From NCBI GenBank assembly GCA_010909165.1, contig MU008158.1:556581-620580 (forward strand): 64,000 bases of DNA, written 5' to 3'. Both the position numbers and the translations under genes were made by a program. Below the pieces are notes generated by a model, which saw only the letters and a list, made by a program, of their open reading frames with translations, was not told the origin of the DNA and made no database searches. Below are positions 34,525 through 48,565 of this stretch, piece after piece (positions within the stretch are counted from its first letter, which is position 1; every line of letters begins with the position of its first letter). This DNA comes from Anthoceros angustus (taxonomy: Eukaryota; Plantae; Anthocerotophyta).

Positions 34525-37068
34525 ATGAGTGGGCATGACACGGTGCTGGTAGGCAGCTTCATGCGCCGCTCGGCTAGTGCTGCCTCCGGTTCTGGATTGG
34601 CGTCGGCCGCGGTGCAGCCCATTTCTCCGCCCCCGCGCAGGATGGAGCCTGTGTCCAAGCTGCAGGCCCGGGGCATATCGCCCTTCCCGGCTGCCCATAA
34701 GTCGCAGCTGCCGCCTCGGGCGGTTTATCCGGGGCATCAGGCTGCTGGGTGGCGGGGATCGTGCCATGGAAATGTATGGCTTGTGTTTGCAGTCCTGGCA
34801 TTCTTTTCTGTCTCGCTCTATGCCTTCTCTATGACAAGAGGTGTGCAGTATTCCGCCCATTTTCGGCGCTTTAGTAACCGGGGTTATGGGATAGTAATCG
34901 ATGCAGGTAGCAGTGGATCAAGATTGCATGTCTTCCAGTACGTTGAAGAGGGCCAGCTCCCTCGTGTAGATCCCCGGTATTCGATCTCCAAGAAGGTGAC
35001 TCCTGGGTTGTCCTCGTTTAGAGATAAGCCCGAGGCTGCTGGCCAGTCGCTCATTGACCTTATGGAGTTTTCTAAGGGAAACGTACCTGCAAAGGAAAGG
35101 CCTGCAACTAGAATATATCTTATGGCCACTGCTGGGTTGAGACTGTTAGACAAGGAGACGCAGGACAAGATTTTGGAGTCCTGTAGAGCCGTTCTTAGGA
35201 GGTCAGGATTTCTGTTCAGGGATGAATGGGCCACTGTCATTTCAGGTCATATAGCCTGCCTCTTCTTTTTGCAACTCTTGTGCTCGACTATGTTGTGGCA
35301 TGAATTGCTCCTGGCTTGGAGTTGTTTGAGGATGGTATGGTTGGGGTGTGCAGTCATGGAACACTGATGTAATTACCTCTGCATTCTCGAAACAGGCACC
35401 GATGAAGGAATTTATGCTTGGGTTTCTGCCAATTATGTGCTGGGCACCTTGGGACGTGACCCGCATGAGACTGTCGGTATTGTTGAATTGGGAGGAGCGT
35501 CAGCTCAGGTATATAGCAGCCTTTTGCTTGATTTTGTTTCTTGACCCATCAAAGTTCATCTTGACTCATTTCACTTTGGCTTTGCTTTGCAGGTAACATT
35601 TGTCCCTGACACACCCCCTCCACCACAGTATTTACAGATCCTGGACCTTGGTGGGGTTACCTACACTCTATATACTTACAGCTTCCTTGGCTTGGGGCAG
35701 GTGACGTTAACCTTAGTTCTTGACCATCCCAATTCATACGGATTTGCTTTTTTCTAGACAATGTCTCTGAGGTGTATCCTCGCGTTGTGGCATTTCAGGA
35801 GGCAGCATGGACGGCTCTCTTCAAACTGCTGTATTCTGGTGCTGTCAGGGCAGGCGAGTGCTTGTTTTGCATAGCAGGTGCCTTGTTGGTGTGTCGCATG
35901 CAATGACCTCTTCCATTGCTCAGCCTGTTGTCTGTGTTCGACCTGCAGGGTTGCCTACTACAGAGGAAAACGTGGTTGTAGATCCTTGTACTCCGAAGGG
36001 CTATGTTAGGAGTCTAGATGATGTGATATTAGCCTCTGTGCTACCTGGCTCTGGTGACGATAAGCGGCCAGTTTCAAGCATCCTTTCAGCTGGGAACTTC
36101 ACAGAATGCCGTAAAGCCGCTCTCTCTCTACTTCAGAGAGGCAGAGGTATGTGAGTATTTCATAGCACAGGCAACAATCTGTTTCAATCGGGACTGTTGT
36201 TGCTGTTGTGGATGAAATATCCTTCTCTCATGAATGCCTAATTGGCAGGGGACTGTCTGTACCATCGTTGTGCCATTGGAACGGAATTCATTCCCAACCT
36301 CCGAGGAAAATTTTTTGGTACCGAGAATTTCTTCTACACGTCCCAAGTATGTGTCTTCACCCCATTCACACATTGCTTTCTATGATGGAGGCAGGTAGCT
36401 CTCAGAGACACTTGTCTGTGCGTCTGCGGTTGGCAGATGGTTTTTGCCTCTGAGTACTGAGACTCCTCTTGTCCGACTCTTGGAATCAGTTTTTCGGGTT
36501 GCCATCTAATGCAACTCTGACGGAAATCGAGGCAGCCGGAGTGCACTACTGTGAGAAGGACTGGAGTGCCCTACAGCTGCAGCACAACCAGATCCTAAAA
36601 GAAGACCTGCTGAAGTACTGCTTCTCCACATCTTACATTGTGGCGCTATTGCATGATGGCCTTGGTATTGCTATGCAAGATGAAAGGTCTGCCCCTGTCC
36701 CCACCCATGGTTATGCAGGAATGCGCACGTTGTGTTACCATTTTACTCACTTGCTGCCTCGGATACCTAGCTCTTAACCTTTGCTGTTGCCCATCACCAG
36801 AATGAAGTTCACAAACCAGGTCGGCAAGGTTGCTCTGGACTGGGCACTCGGTGCCTTCATTGTGCGAATGGGGGAAGACGGCCTCCAGCTACCGCCGGTT
36901 GGCCTGTTTGGAGACGAGGTGGTTACCGTACTTTCATTGATGGGCTCTGTTTGCATACTTGCATTTGTGCTATGGTTTGTCATGCGCTGGCGAAGGCCAC
37001 ACTTGAAAACCATTTATGATTTGGAAAAGGGGCGGTACATTACTACAGCAACTCGGTTACATAGATGA
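34525..37068 (+). CDS. GDA1/CD39 apyrase (paralog 2), about 8 exons, N- and C-terminal TM
   Basis: IVIDAGSSGSRLHVF, MATAGLRL, TDEGIYAW, VELGGASAQ, KYCFS, DWALGAF and C-terminal TM plus KTIYDLEKGRYI tail. Confidence 0.93.
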
Positions 37069-37647
37069 TGGACGTTTTGCTTAGGTCACAATTCAATGGG
37101 CAGCTTCACATTTTTGGGTTATCTCTGATGACTTTGGGACTCATCCCAGTCCCTTCCACGTTTGCCTACTATTCCTCTATCACTTTCTGATGGTATAACT
37201 TGAGCCATGGTTTCATGCAGCTGCGGGCGCCAGGTTTCTGCCCAATTGGACGTACTCACCTTTCCCCCGTGTTCTTAATCGCCTGCTCTGGAACGACCTG
37301 TGACTCGTTTGATGGGGAGTAAAATCCAACGTCCGTCCGGAGGTTCCTTGTTCCATGCTTGCAGCTACTGTACTGTATTGAAGACCTAATGTTCCAGATT
37401 GCCTAGGTCGTAATCTTGTATTATGCCGTGAGAATTAATAGTTTAAACGAATGGCCAACTAAAAGTTTACCGTAATCGATGTCGGCACTACCAGTCTGCA
37501 GACAGGAAAGAGTTGTTTGAGCGGAAAATATGTTCCACAATCTATTTCGCCATCAGCAGTTTCGCCGGGAACCCTTTTCAGGGCTCTGCAACAAAGTCCT
37601 GGTTGTGCGAACAAGCTCGGAATGCTTCTGCGGAGATCCGTGTGGCT

Positions 37648-38517
37648 ATGGCGTCGTCTGCAGCGAGGCACACTGGGCTCAGGCTTCTGAAGTACCAGGC
37701 GGAGCTTCCAGCCTCCTTTCTGGCCATCCTGTCGTCCGCATCCGCGAGATCTGCAGCTGCTGGAGCTGGAGCTGCGGGGCCTGCCATCCACTCTGCTGCC
37801 GGCTCGGGGGTCGGCGCCGGAGCTTCCAGCTTCACACCGCTCTTGCAGCAGCGGCAACATGCATCCACATACTCGGCTTCCTCGAGGTTTCCATACCATG
37901 TAGAGTGGGACTACCGGGGGCAGAGGCAAATTCTTCCCATTCAGGACTGGGTGCCGGATGTGGCTGTGAATGCGTTCGTGGCTCCCAGCGCCGTGCTGGC
38001 GGGCTTGGTGGAGATACAGGACAGGGCGTCGGTCTGGTACGGGTCTGTGCTGCGAGGCGATTTGAACAAGATTTTTCTTGGCTTCCTGTCGAATGTGGGG
38101 GACAGGTGCGTGATCCACGCCGCGGAGTCCTCTCCCACGGGTTTCTCGGCTGCCACGAGCATAGGGAGGATGTGCACAGTAGGCGGCTTCAGCACCATCA
38201 GGTCCAGCACCATCGAGAACGAGGCTGTGGTCGGGCAGAGATGCGTGTTGATGGAAGGCTCCCTGGTCGAGAAGCATGCCTACCTGGGTGACGGATCAGT
38301 CCTCCCTCCTGGCAGGCGGATCCCTTCTGGAGAGCTATGGGCCGGCAACCCTGCCCGATATGTGCGGGACCTGACGAACGATGAGATTCTGGCCATCCCT
38401 AAACTGGCAGAGGCAATCCACGATGTGGCCGAGGATCATGCTGCCCAGTTCTTACCCTACAGTACAGCGTATATTGAAGCTGAAGAACTCAGACACTATT
38501 CGGAACGCCTGCAGTGA
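37648..38517 (+). CDS. GAMMACAL: Gamma carbonic anhydrase-like subunit of mitochondrial complex I (gamma-CAL), intronless
   Basis: WDYRGQRQI...AFVAPSAVLAG.V.I.DRASVWYGSVLRGDLNKI...IPSGELWAGNPARYVR.LTNDE.LAIPKLAEAI (hexapeptide left-handed beta-helix); presequence-like N-terminus from ATG 37648. Confidence 0.92.
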   Translation: MASSAARHTGLRLLKYQAELPASFLAILSSASARSAAAGAGAAGPAIHSAAGSGVGAGASSFTPLLQQRQHASTYSASSRFPYHVEWDYRGQRQILPIQDWVPDVAVNAFVAPSAVLAGLVEIQDRASVWYGSVLRGDLNKIFLGFLSNVGDRCVIHAAESSPTGFSAATSIGRMCTVGGFSTIRSSTIENEAVVGQRCVLMEGSLVEKHAYLGDGSVLPPGRRIPSGELWAGNPARYVRDLTNDEILAIPKLAEAIHDVAEDHAAQFLPYSTAYIEAEELRHYSERLQ

Positions 38518-38962
38518 GTGAGGCATTTGATTTGGCAGTATAACTCTGAACGCAGGTGGGCCGCCAGGGATTAGCAGCACTACTAGCATTTGCATCCTCT
38601 GATCTTTCAAGACAAGCCGGAATTGTATGCATCATTTTAGGTTATTTGGAACACTCTAAATGTCTCCTGTCGGGATGTTGCTGCCAGGCGTTTTGTGCTG
38701 CTGAAATGCTTCACATTCAGTGTTGTTGCTTGTCTTCCAGCTGCAATTGTCGCGATGGGCTGTTTAACTACACTCCCGCAACCTGAAAAAATCGTGCCTT
38801 CTCTAAATTCTTCCATTGGGTCTGTTGGACGCATGGAAATCCAGAGACATCTCCATATATATAACAAGTCCAGCCCGGATGCACACTCATCTACTGCCGG
38901 CAATGACCTTGCTTTGACGTAGGCTGTTAACAAGCGACCTCCTAGACTGCACTCATTCCTTC

Positions 38963-39731
38963 CTAACGCTTCGAGTACTGGGGACGCTTGCGTGCCTTGT
39001 GCAAACCGTACTTCTTCCTTTCCACAACTCGAGAATCTCGAGTGAGGAGGCCTTGTTTCTTGAGTGGATCCCTGTTTGCCTGGTTAGCAACCAGCAAAGC
39101 TCGTGCAACTCCTAGGAGAATAGCTTGGGCCTGAGCGGAGACTCCTCCTCCGTGAGCCTTGACGATAACGTCATACTTGGATTCAAACCCCAGGCTTACG
39201 AGGGGGAACTTCACAGCTTGCAGCCACACTGGATTTCCTTGAAGATAGTCCTGCCAGAGCGAAGGAGATCCCGCATTGAGAAAAAGCAAGCAGCCTCAGG
39301 CCACACATTTTTTCGCTCACCCTGACCAGCAATACATCACAGGAAACACGCACCTGCGCAGTGCGATTGTTGATGATGATCTGCCCGGTTCCCTCTACCA
39401 GGCACACTCGGGCTACCGCGCATTTGCGCCGGCCAGTACCGAGCAGGCGCTGCGCAGCGAATCCCCCCGGCAGCGACTGCTTCACGAAAGCCTCCAAATC
39501 TTGTCTCTCGGTCGGCGTAGCTACGGCGGCAGTCGCTGCCACCTCTAGAGCAGAAGCAGGATACCTTCTGGCTCTAGACTGCAGAGGCGCGATCCTCACA
39601 GCAGGCCTCAGGCTCAGCCCGCACAGGGAGGAGGACTTGCTGAAAGAGGTGGAACATTTTTCCGTAGAGCCGAGGGCAAGGGAGGCGAATGCCAGAGTCT
39701 GAGCCGCTACAGCGGCAGCTGCCATCGCCAT
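38963..39731 (-). CDS. PRPS9: Plastid 30S ribosomal protein S9; intron 39251-39353
   Basis: Ser/Ala-rich transit peptide, [59 protein letters not shown]. Confidence 0.95.
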
Positions 39732-39933
39732 GGCAGCGTGGAGAAGAGAAAATGCACCCGATAGAACAGATTGGATGGGGTTGTGGGTTTAGTGGTTAAC
39801 CCCCCTCCCGGTGAAAAGCTCGACCCAGGCTAGGGCTTTCCGTCTCATTAAAAGACTTTGGTTTTAAATGAAGTAACTCATCAGAAGCCTTGCACTCGAA
39901 GTCGAAGCTAGGTCGAACGGACACATCGCAGGT

Positions 39934-41472
39934 ATGGACACCATGGCGAGCGACTGGATGAACTCTGCCCACAGCATGGGGACAACGATTATGGCAGTGC
40001 AGTACAAGAATGGCGTCGTCTTGGGAGCTGATTCCCGAACCACCACTGGTAAGCTAATTTTGCTTGGTCTGCGCAGGATTTTCAATGTCCCCTCATTTCT
40101 AGGGGTGGCTTCAATCTGTTTTTCGCAGGAGTATATGTTGCGAACCGAGCTTCGGACAAAATTACCCAGCTTACGGACAACGTCTACCTTTGCAGATCCG
40201 GATCAGTATGTGCCTCATTCAATTGCGCACCACATGTCTAGGACCTTAACCATCTGGGAATTTTGTGAATTTGGATGTGATGCTCTTTGTGTCTCAGCTA
40301 GCTGCAGTGCTTAGCTTGGCTATCTAATTGTATGTCATGCAGGCGGCAGATACCCAGGTTGTTTCAGATTATGTGCGGTACTTTCTGAATCAGCATACGT
40401 ACGTGGTACTTCTAAGTGCAAGTCATGTTTTGTTGAAGATGACCCTGTTGGTATGAGGTTGCTTTATGGAAATTAGTCCCTGATGGAGCTCCCGTTGTGT
40501 CCGTTTCAGAATTCAGCTTGGCCGTCCAGCGACTGTGAAGACCGCAGCTACCCTAATCCGGCAGTTATCGTATCAGAATAAGGTAGAGTTGTAAGTCAGC
40601 GAGGACATTTTCCTTTCTTCTCCATGAGGAACAGCCAGTGCAACATTTCTGCATGTCTCTTGATGGGAATTGTGCTCCCTGACAGTCCATTTTACAAGCT
40701 GGCATGATTGTTGGTGGGTGGGACAAGTATGAAGGACCAGCGGTGTATGGCATACCTCTTGGCGGCACCTTGTTGCGCCTCCCGTTTGCTACTGGCGGTA
40801 TGTGAAAACACAAGTCACATTCATAGATAGCCGAATGCCCTGCAAGGCACTCTTACAGGCTTCACAATATTGTGGCCGCACCCTGAATATTGCAAGGCTG
40901 ACTAACATCTTCATGTGCCTTTGTTTGCTGCAGGATCTGGGTCTAGTTACCTGTATGGGTTCCTGGATCATGCGTGGAGAGAAAACCTGAGTGAGGCAGA
41001 AGCAGAGGTTTTGTAACTTCTCGACAGCCCTCGTCTTTGGCAGAAGAAACTGCTGGCATGTTACAAGCTGTTCTATTTCCTGGCATTTGCTGTATGGTCT
41101 GCATGACAAAATGTCTTTGGTTGTTCAGGATTTGGTTGTGAAGGCAGTTTCCCTTGCGATGGCCAGGGACGGTGGGAGCGGTGGTGTTGTTCGGACTGTC
41201 ACTGTAAGTTTTTTTTGGGGCTCTGTATGATCTACAGCTATTCGTGCTGTTACTTGGTTATGCTCCCTCAACATCGTGTAAGAACCTACATGTCCCGATG
41301 GACAAACAAGAACGTCAGACTTCGCCTCTTCTGACCTGCTTAGTTTCGCTTTGTGTAGGTCAATGAAAAAGGAGTCAAACGTAGCTTCCATAGTGGGGAC
41401 AAGCTTCCCCTCTGGCATGAGGAAATAGCACCGAGAGAAACACCCGTTGAGGTTGATGCTATGCACAGTTGA
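39934..41472 (+). CDS. PBA1: 20S proteasome subunit beta-1, 8 exons
   Basis: [24 protein letters not shown] (N-terminal Thr nucleophile), [55 protein letters not shown]. Confidence 0.95.
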
Positions 41473-42319
41473 TTGTCGTTTTGTCGTCCAGCAGGTAGAA
41501 AACCCAAACCAATATAAGGTAACTGTTCTAGGGACTGCTTGACCACAGTAGATGCAGAATGCACATTAAGCGCTGTTGTCCTGTGGTATTTCTGAAACAG
41601 AAGTTTAAAGGCAAGGGCAAATTGTACGATGTAGACGAGTTGCCGAGGGAGCATAGTATGGAGTTTGAGCCAATTCGTGTGTGATAGCCGAATGGCACTC
41701 TTAGGCAAATGTAGGTACGGCGTGCAGGAGCGTCCTGTCGGAAACAGTGTCTACTTTTCATCCTGGACGATGCCCAGGCCCATTTGTTGTGGCCTTTTGT
41801 CTCCCAATTCATGGATTGTGTGGGAACGTTCTCATACTAAAAATCGTACTCTTAATACGCCCCGTGAAGGCACTGCTCGTTAGGACTCCCCGATTACTAG
41901 ATTCTCTACCGACTGATAGTCGGTGACACAAAAAAACAGGTTTACCGCTTGTTCATGGGTATCGAAGTTCCTCATACGACGCTCCTGTACAATACACTTA
42001 CGAGTTCAGGAATCGCCTATTTTCAACTATCAACTAAGACGTTACTAAACCAACCTGCTGGTACCCAAAGAATTCATCGTTTCACGGTTTGTCCAATCAT
42101 TGATTATACATAGCTGGGCAAAATAGCAGCTGTCTAAAAACTCAGTCCTCTCCTTTCTACTGGCAGAGTGTATAACCTTGAACCAAGCGTGTAAAACCTG
42201 TTCTCGCATTGCCTCAAGGTGACACACACTCGATGAATGTTCATGATGGGCGAACGCTTCCATACAGATCCTTCCACACATAGAGGCCAAGCGGTTGGTC
42301 GCCCAGAAGGACCATGAGC

Positions 42320-43875
42320 TCAGGGCTCAAGCCGGGTATAATCTGGCTCGGAGACGTTCAATTTTGAGAGGCTGAACGATCTGGAGTAAGCTGGCCCAGA
42401 ATCGTAAAACTCAAACCTCGTATACGCAGGCTTGGAGCCGGCAGAATTGTCCAAACCCTGCTGCACCTGCTGATGAGATGAATGGTCCCGGGAACTCCTA
42501 CTCCAAGTACTGGATGACTTGGGGGTGTCCGAAGGGGTTTCACCGTCCTTGACTTCCATGGCCAAAGCTTCCGTGAGCTGTTTGACAACATCGCTCATCG
42601 TAGGCCGATGAATAGACCGAGGCTCCACACTAAACATGGCAACTTCTGCCACCTTGAGCAACGAGTCAATACCATAGTCAGACCCCAGCAAAGGATCAAC
42701 AATGGCTTCCGCATGGCCATCCTGCATCAGTTTCCTTGCCCACTCGCTAATCCGCCACCTCGACTTGGACTCCTCCTCTATCACAGGCTCCCGCCCAGAA
42801 ATGATCTCCAGCAGCACAATCCCAAAGCTATAAACATCGCTCTTCTGGGTGAGCCGCAGCGACTGGAAGTACTCCGGGTCCAAATACCCCGACGTCCCCT
42901 TCACGATCGTGGTCACATGGCTGGCATCCGAGTCCGCAGGAGTGAGCTTGGACAGCCCGAAGTCGGCCACCTTGGCCATCATATTCTCCGCCAGGAGTAT
43001 GTTGCTGCTCTTGATATCCCTGTGAATAATTGCAGGGCTGCACTTGTGCAGATACTCCAACCCCGTTGCGGCATCCAGAGCAATGGTGAGCCTAGTCCCC
43101 CAGTCCAGCCCCTGGCTGTTAATCGGCTCATGCAGCTGCTCCTGCAACGTCCCCCCCGAGCAGTACTCGTACACCAGCATCCGTTCATTGTCCTCGTTAC
43201 AGTACCCCACCAGCGACACCAGGTTCTCGTGGTGCACTCTGGACAGCACGTGCACCTCGTTGTAGAACTCCTGCTCCCCTTGCTGCGAGTCCCCCGCCTG
43301 CACCTTCACCGCCACCTTCTGCCCCGACGGCAGCTTCCCGTAATACACCGGCCCAAACCCTCCCTCCCCGATCTTGTGCATAAAATTACGGGTGGCCTTC
43401 TTCACCTGCGCCAACTGGAAAAGCTGCGTCTCGTAATGCCGCTCCTGGGACGGCGTCCGAGAGTGCGCCCGCGACCGCGGCTGCGACTGTGACTGCGACT
43501 GCGACGGCGTCCGAGGCCGCAACCTCGGGGGAACCGCCGCCCCCGCTGCGGGACCTCTCCCCTGCCCTGCCACCGCAATCCTGAGCGCGGCCGGAGGCGG
43601 AGTGAAGGCCGCGGCCGGATTGTTGTGCACAGTCACCTTCTCCGGCGCTCTGCCTTTGCTCTTGAAGCACACAACGTAGAGCGCCACGGCCAGAGCCACC
43701 ACAATGAGCACCAAACCTCCCGCCACTCCCCAATCACCAGGCCATAGGTGCTGCTGCTAGTAGTGCTCTCCTCGTTGTTGACATTGGCCTTGAGGTTCCC
43801 AGGCTCCTCAACCATGAGCCATATGCCTAAGATCGGATCCCGCTGCCTCACATTGCCGCCCCCGCCAGTCCAATT
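42320..43875 (-). CDS. RLK/Pelle receptor-like Ser/Thr kinase with TM; kinase domain intronless; 5' end uncertain
   Basis: IGEGGFGPVY, VAVK, HRDIKSSNILL, DFGLSK, GTSGYLDPEY, KSDVYSFG. TM YGLVIG(G)VAGGLVLIVVALAVALYVVCF is restored by adding one base to the 4-base run at 43728-43731. Confidence 0.88.
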
Positions 43876-44623
43876 CTGCAATCACGACTCAAATCAGATG
43901 GCTCGCGTCTCAAACACCTCCAGCGCCATCAAAGCTTCTTTTGCTTCTGCTTCTGGAGAAGCTGCATTGCCAGATTCTTGCGAAGCGAGTGTGGAAGGAG
44001 CCGAATAAACAGAAGGAGGAAGGCGGGGATTGGCAATGGCAGCCGAGGCGGCTGACACCTGGAGAGAGCGTGCTCCACGCCTCCTCTCCCGCGCTGGGGC
44101 GCCTTCTCTTACTACTTACCCGCCGGCAACTCGATTCAGATTCGGCCACCCAAGTCCGTGCAGTCGGCCGAAACGGGTCGCGACAAGACAGCCCCGCCAA
44201 CTCCGGTCGCAAATACTGGGACGGTTACCAGGACATGGACTGCACCTCGTGATAACAGTAGTGTCCATTGCAATGTGCTATCTTAGGGCTACAGCACAGG
44301 GAGTTTCAGCGGGCTGTAGCTGCAAGATGGGGATATATATAGGAAAAGCGCAAGGTAACAATATTCCTTCCCCACGAGCATAAAGACTACCACCTAGTCA
44401 GGTAACCAATTTCCTGGACCAACCCCTGCATTCCTTTAATTCCTTGAAGCCAGCCAACTATCGTCACCACCTGTAGAGAACCTTTCGGAGAGGGAGGAAG
44501 CCAAAATTCCCAAGATCTTGAGAGGGTTGGCCTGGTGCCGGGGAGTTTGAGGCGCGCAAAACTGCAGCTTTGACCCTGCTGGCTTTTGCGATGGTGATAT
44601 CAGCGAGCATCAGCTGTAGTGGC

Positions 44624-47600
44624 TCACGCCTCCGACTTGCTGGCGCTTGCGGTGAGAGATGAGAACAAGTTTGGCATCGATATCTCCCCAAAAGTGTCCT
44701 TCAACCTGCCCACTTGCCCATCGGTCAATATAGAGCCCAGCTTCAAGGTGCTGCTTCCGACCTGCATCTCACGTATGACTCGTTAGGTGAAATGACTTCG
44801 AACCTTTTCCAACAGACGGAGGGTCTTTCAGCCAGCAACGAACGGAGGAAGCTTGGGGGACGCGGAAGTGAAGGCACACACGCTACACACCTGGGTCATG
44901 AAATTCTGGAAATTTTTAGCATTGGACGCTGAAGCGGGACTGTCCTCAAACTGAAATGCAGAGGCATCACCAGCACTGCCATAAGGTCTTAACCTGCTGG
45001 TGTCCTCCTCCTTTCTCCTTGGCCGAGAAGGTGTTGATGATCCATTTGTTGATAGATTTGGACCACTGCATGAAGCAAGGTTGGTGGCCGTTACCACTGC
45101 GAACGACACAGCTGTTGAGCACAAGTGACAATGGTCGGGGACCAGAAAGAGATGCACCTGACTGGGAGGTATGTGAATCGAGGGACTGTTGCCGACATGT
45201 TCAAAACGTTGGCATCAGAAGAAGATGGTGGTCGTTGCACATTGTCTTTGTACAGGCGATTGAGCTGCATAAGCAACCCAAACAACACAGCTGATCTCTG
45301 ATAGAAGCGTCGCTCGTTTTCCCAGAGATGAGGTTCGTAACTGCAGCCCAAATCAGTATTGAAATTAGCACGGCATCGTAGATGCAGGTCTCTGAAACAA
45401 AGCACATTGGCACAGGTGCAGCTAAAAGAGAATCATCCGAGCAGTGATGGGAGATATACTCACGTGGCCCAGTCAATTGGATCCAGCCTGCTATGCAATT
45501 TAGACGCCAGCTTTACTGCCCACTTTTTACGGGTTGATGCTAAAGCATCAGACGAACTGTGCGCTTGACTTCTCCTTATATTGGAACCTGTACCAAGAGG
45601 CTCAGAACCTCTGTCCCCTTCAGGTGCGTCCATATCTTCAGCTTTGATACTTTGGCCACCCGAAAGAACGTCTCCCAAAAAACGTACATCAAACAGGAGC
45701 TGTAGCAATCCTTTTTCTGAGATTTGAATGCGACTTGATGAAGAATCGTCAACAATACTTTCATATAAAGAAAACACCTGCACTACAAAGAAGCAGGTAA
45801 GGAAATCAGTGGTCGGAAAAATATATATACGCACATCTGTACCATACACATCTACTTCAGCACAAAACACAGTCATCGAGGCCCTACGGTTGAAAGAAAT
45901 AAATTGGCACTCTGAGCCAGCCATAGAAACTTGCGCACTTACATGTTCACACAGTCTCCAGGCAAACATGCGGAGAATCACTCTGTCAAGCATGTGCCCA
46001 CCAATCCTTCGTATTTCTTGGCAGGCGGCAAAGAGAGAAGCAACTGCATAAGCAGAAGGCATAGCTGGCAGTGCCATTTGCATCTCAACAAAACCACCCC
46101 CTTCTTCTTTTTGCTTCAGCACCGTCTCCTCCCAACCCTTAACAGAAAGAAGTGTCAGGACACGACAGCACAAGAGGCATACAACAACTACACTAAATTT
46201 CACAAGCCCACTTTCTTACCTTCAATGGATGTGTTGTTGCTAGACATTCGTCTTTAAACAAGTCTCTCATTAGGCAGGTAACGAGTTCCTCGGTGCTCCA
46301 TGAAATCCAGATTTCATGAGCAGCAATGCTCTGACGCCTTAAACTCCGCTGTAGATGTGCAAGCTTCAACGAGCCTTCATCCTCACCACCTGCGCCAGCC
46401 CGCCGTGTGTGCAACCGCCTTCCAGTTCCCTGTGGTTCAGAATCCAGCCACGAATGCTGCCTCCATGACAACAAAGTTCCCCTAGAATTTGAGCTGGTGG
46501 TCTCTCTTGAGATCCAAAGGGCTGGAGGCCCAAGAATCACACAAAGTGCAGACGAGTTGCGGGCCAAAGCAGCTGCTAGCCTTCCCAAAAATAAAGATCT
46601 CTCGACAATAAGTGACACATCTCCAACCTCTGGAACAGCCATCTCTGAATCCTTGAGGGAGACCGGAGGCTGCTTTGTCACATTTTTGGAGGACCTGCCC
46701 TCTGTATTTACATTCACATCGGACAGAACCCTATTTGAGCTTTCGGATGCACGCTTCTTGCTCTCAGCCAGAGATGTAAGTCTGGTAGAAATCTCTGAAA
46801 CCACGCTTGCCACGCACTTATGGCACTGCTCCTGGAGAAAAGGAGCAAGCTCTGTCATCCTTGCAGAGGTCTCAGGACCCTGCAGAAAGGTCACAGCGTC
46901 TTCAAGAATCTTGTGCAGTCCTCCATCAATGGTGTCCTTAACCCCTGCAACATCCTGACCGTACCAGGAGTTCAGGCTGTCCGAGAGGTCTTTCACATCC
47001 TTAGATGACTTCCAAAGAGGATCCCCACCGGTCAGATTGCCCTGACCAACAGAAGCCTCAAGCCCTTTCATCGTGTGGCTATCTTGGAAGGAAGAGAACG
47101 CGCCACCATGCAGAGCATACGGACTGTCCAAGCTCAGGTACTGGACCAACGACGACGATGACTTGACAGCAGCAAGACATTCGTCTAGCTTTGTCCCTAC
47201 ACTGATTTCACCGAACTTCAAGGTGATGATTCCCTTAGCCCTCCTCACAAAAACCTTCTCAAATACGGCAGCCCATATGTTAACCGGCTGGTTGAGCAAC
47301 AGATCACACACACGGTCCCACGGGGAATCAATGTCCTTGCCGAAGGCACTTTTCAGCCAATCTAAACTGGCGTCCATTGCAGCATGTGTCTCCAAAGCCT
47401 CTCTTATCGATTTCTCTATGTCCGCAAGCTCACTAACGCTCTTGATCTCTTCAAGCAGGAGCTTGCCCTCTACAGATATTTCCTCCGCACACGCACTCAG
47501 CCATGAAACACAGGCCTGCGATATCTGCTTGCTACTCAACGGAACCATGCAGCTCTCCACCTTGTCTCTGTGAGCCTTCCAAAGCCGGACTTCCTTTTCC

Positions 47601-48565
47601 GGATTCGGAATACCACCAAAGAGCTGCGATGCCGGAGGGGACGTCAGCACCGTGCTGAACAAAAGTGGTGCCTTCCCATTCGACACCTCCAGAAACAGTT
47701 CCCCGACATGACACAGGGAAGACTGGATCATGAACACCAGTCTGTGAAGCAGTGCAGAAACGGCCGCCACCTCCAACAAAGGGGCTAAATCCGCTCCTCC
47801 AGCTCCCTTATCCCTCACCAGCCTATCCCTACCAGCAAAAGCTGCCCTGAGCTGACTCCGGATCCACGATCTGCGAGTCTCCAGGAAAAGAGAGAACACC
47901 TGCCCAGACGTGAGCTCATCCGTAGTCGCCACAGCCGCAAGAGCGACGGCGTACTCAGCAACCTGCAACCCGGGCTCCTGCAATCGCTCCCTGCTCCTCT
48001 TGGAAATCTGGTCTCGAAGACTCTCCACCAGCGGCCCCCGCTGCTTGAGCAGCGGGCAATTGGCCAGCAACTCCGTCTTCTCCTCCGACAGCAGCGCGTG
48101 CACCTCCCTGGCCCTCCAATACCTCTCCGACCCCTCCAAATACATATGCTTGTCCAAACACCCCCAGATCTTCTCCGGCGTGTCCACCAGAAACTTGAGC
48201 CGGCTGGCGGTTCCGTACAGCTGCTCCCTCCTGCTCCTCTCCTGGTCCGCCTCCGCAGACGTCCGCTGCACTACAATAGTCCGCTTCAAGCTCTCAAACC
48301 CGTGCTCCATTTTCCGGATATTGTCCGCCACAGCCTCGCACGATTTCTTCATCAACACGATAGAATCCGCGCTCTCGATCAGGTCCCTATAGCTGGCCCC
48401 GACCAGCTGCCGTAGCTCCTCCTTCTTCTCCTCGATCTCCCTGCGCGTCCTGCTCTCCACCTCCCGGATCTCCGCAACCGTGCGCGTCTCGAACAGCGCC
48501 TCGGCATTCCGAATGTTGGCATCGTCCGCCGCTCCGATCGCGGGGAATCTGCCCCCCATCCTCAT
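44624..48565 (-). CDS. COG1: Conserved oligomeric Golgi complex subunit 1 (Vps51/COG1 family), multi-exon
   Basis: AEALFETRTVAEIREVE...KKEELRQLVGASYRDLIESADSIV, VDTPEKIWGCLD, GWEETV, LLQLLFDVRF, RLDPIDWAT/YEPHLWENE, TLKLGSILTDGQVG. Confidence 0.9.

Noticed and set aside
34083-34860. Pro-rich minus-strand ORFs upstream of apyrase 2
   Set aside because: Low-complexity product of a G-rich leader; no domain.
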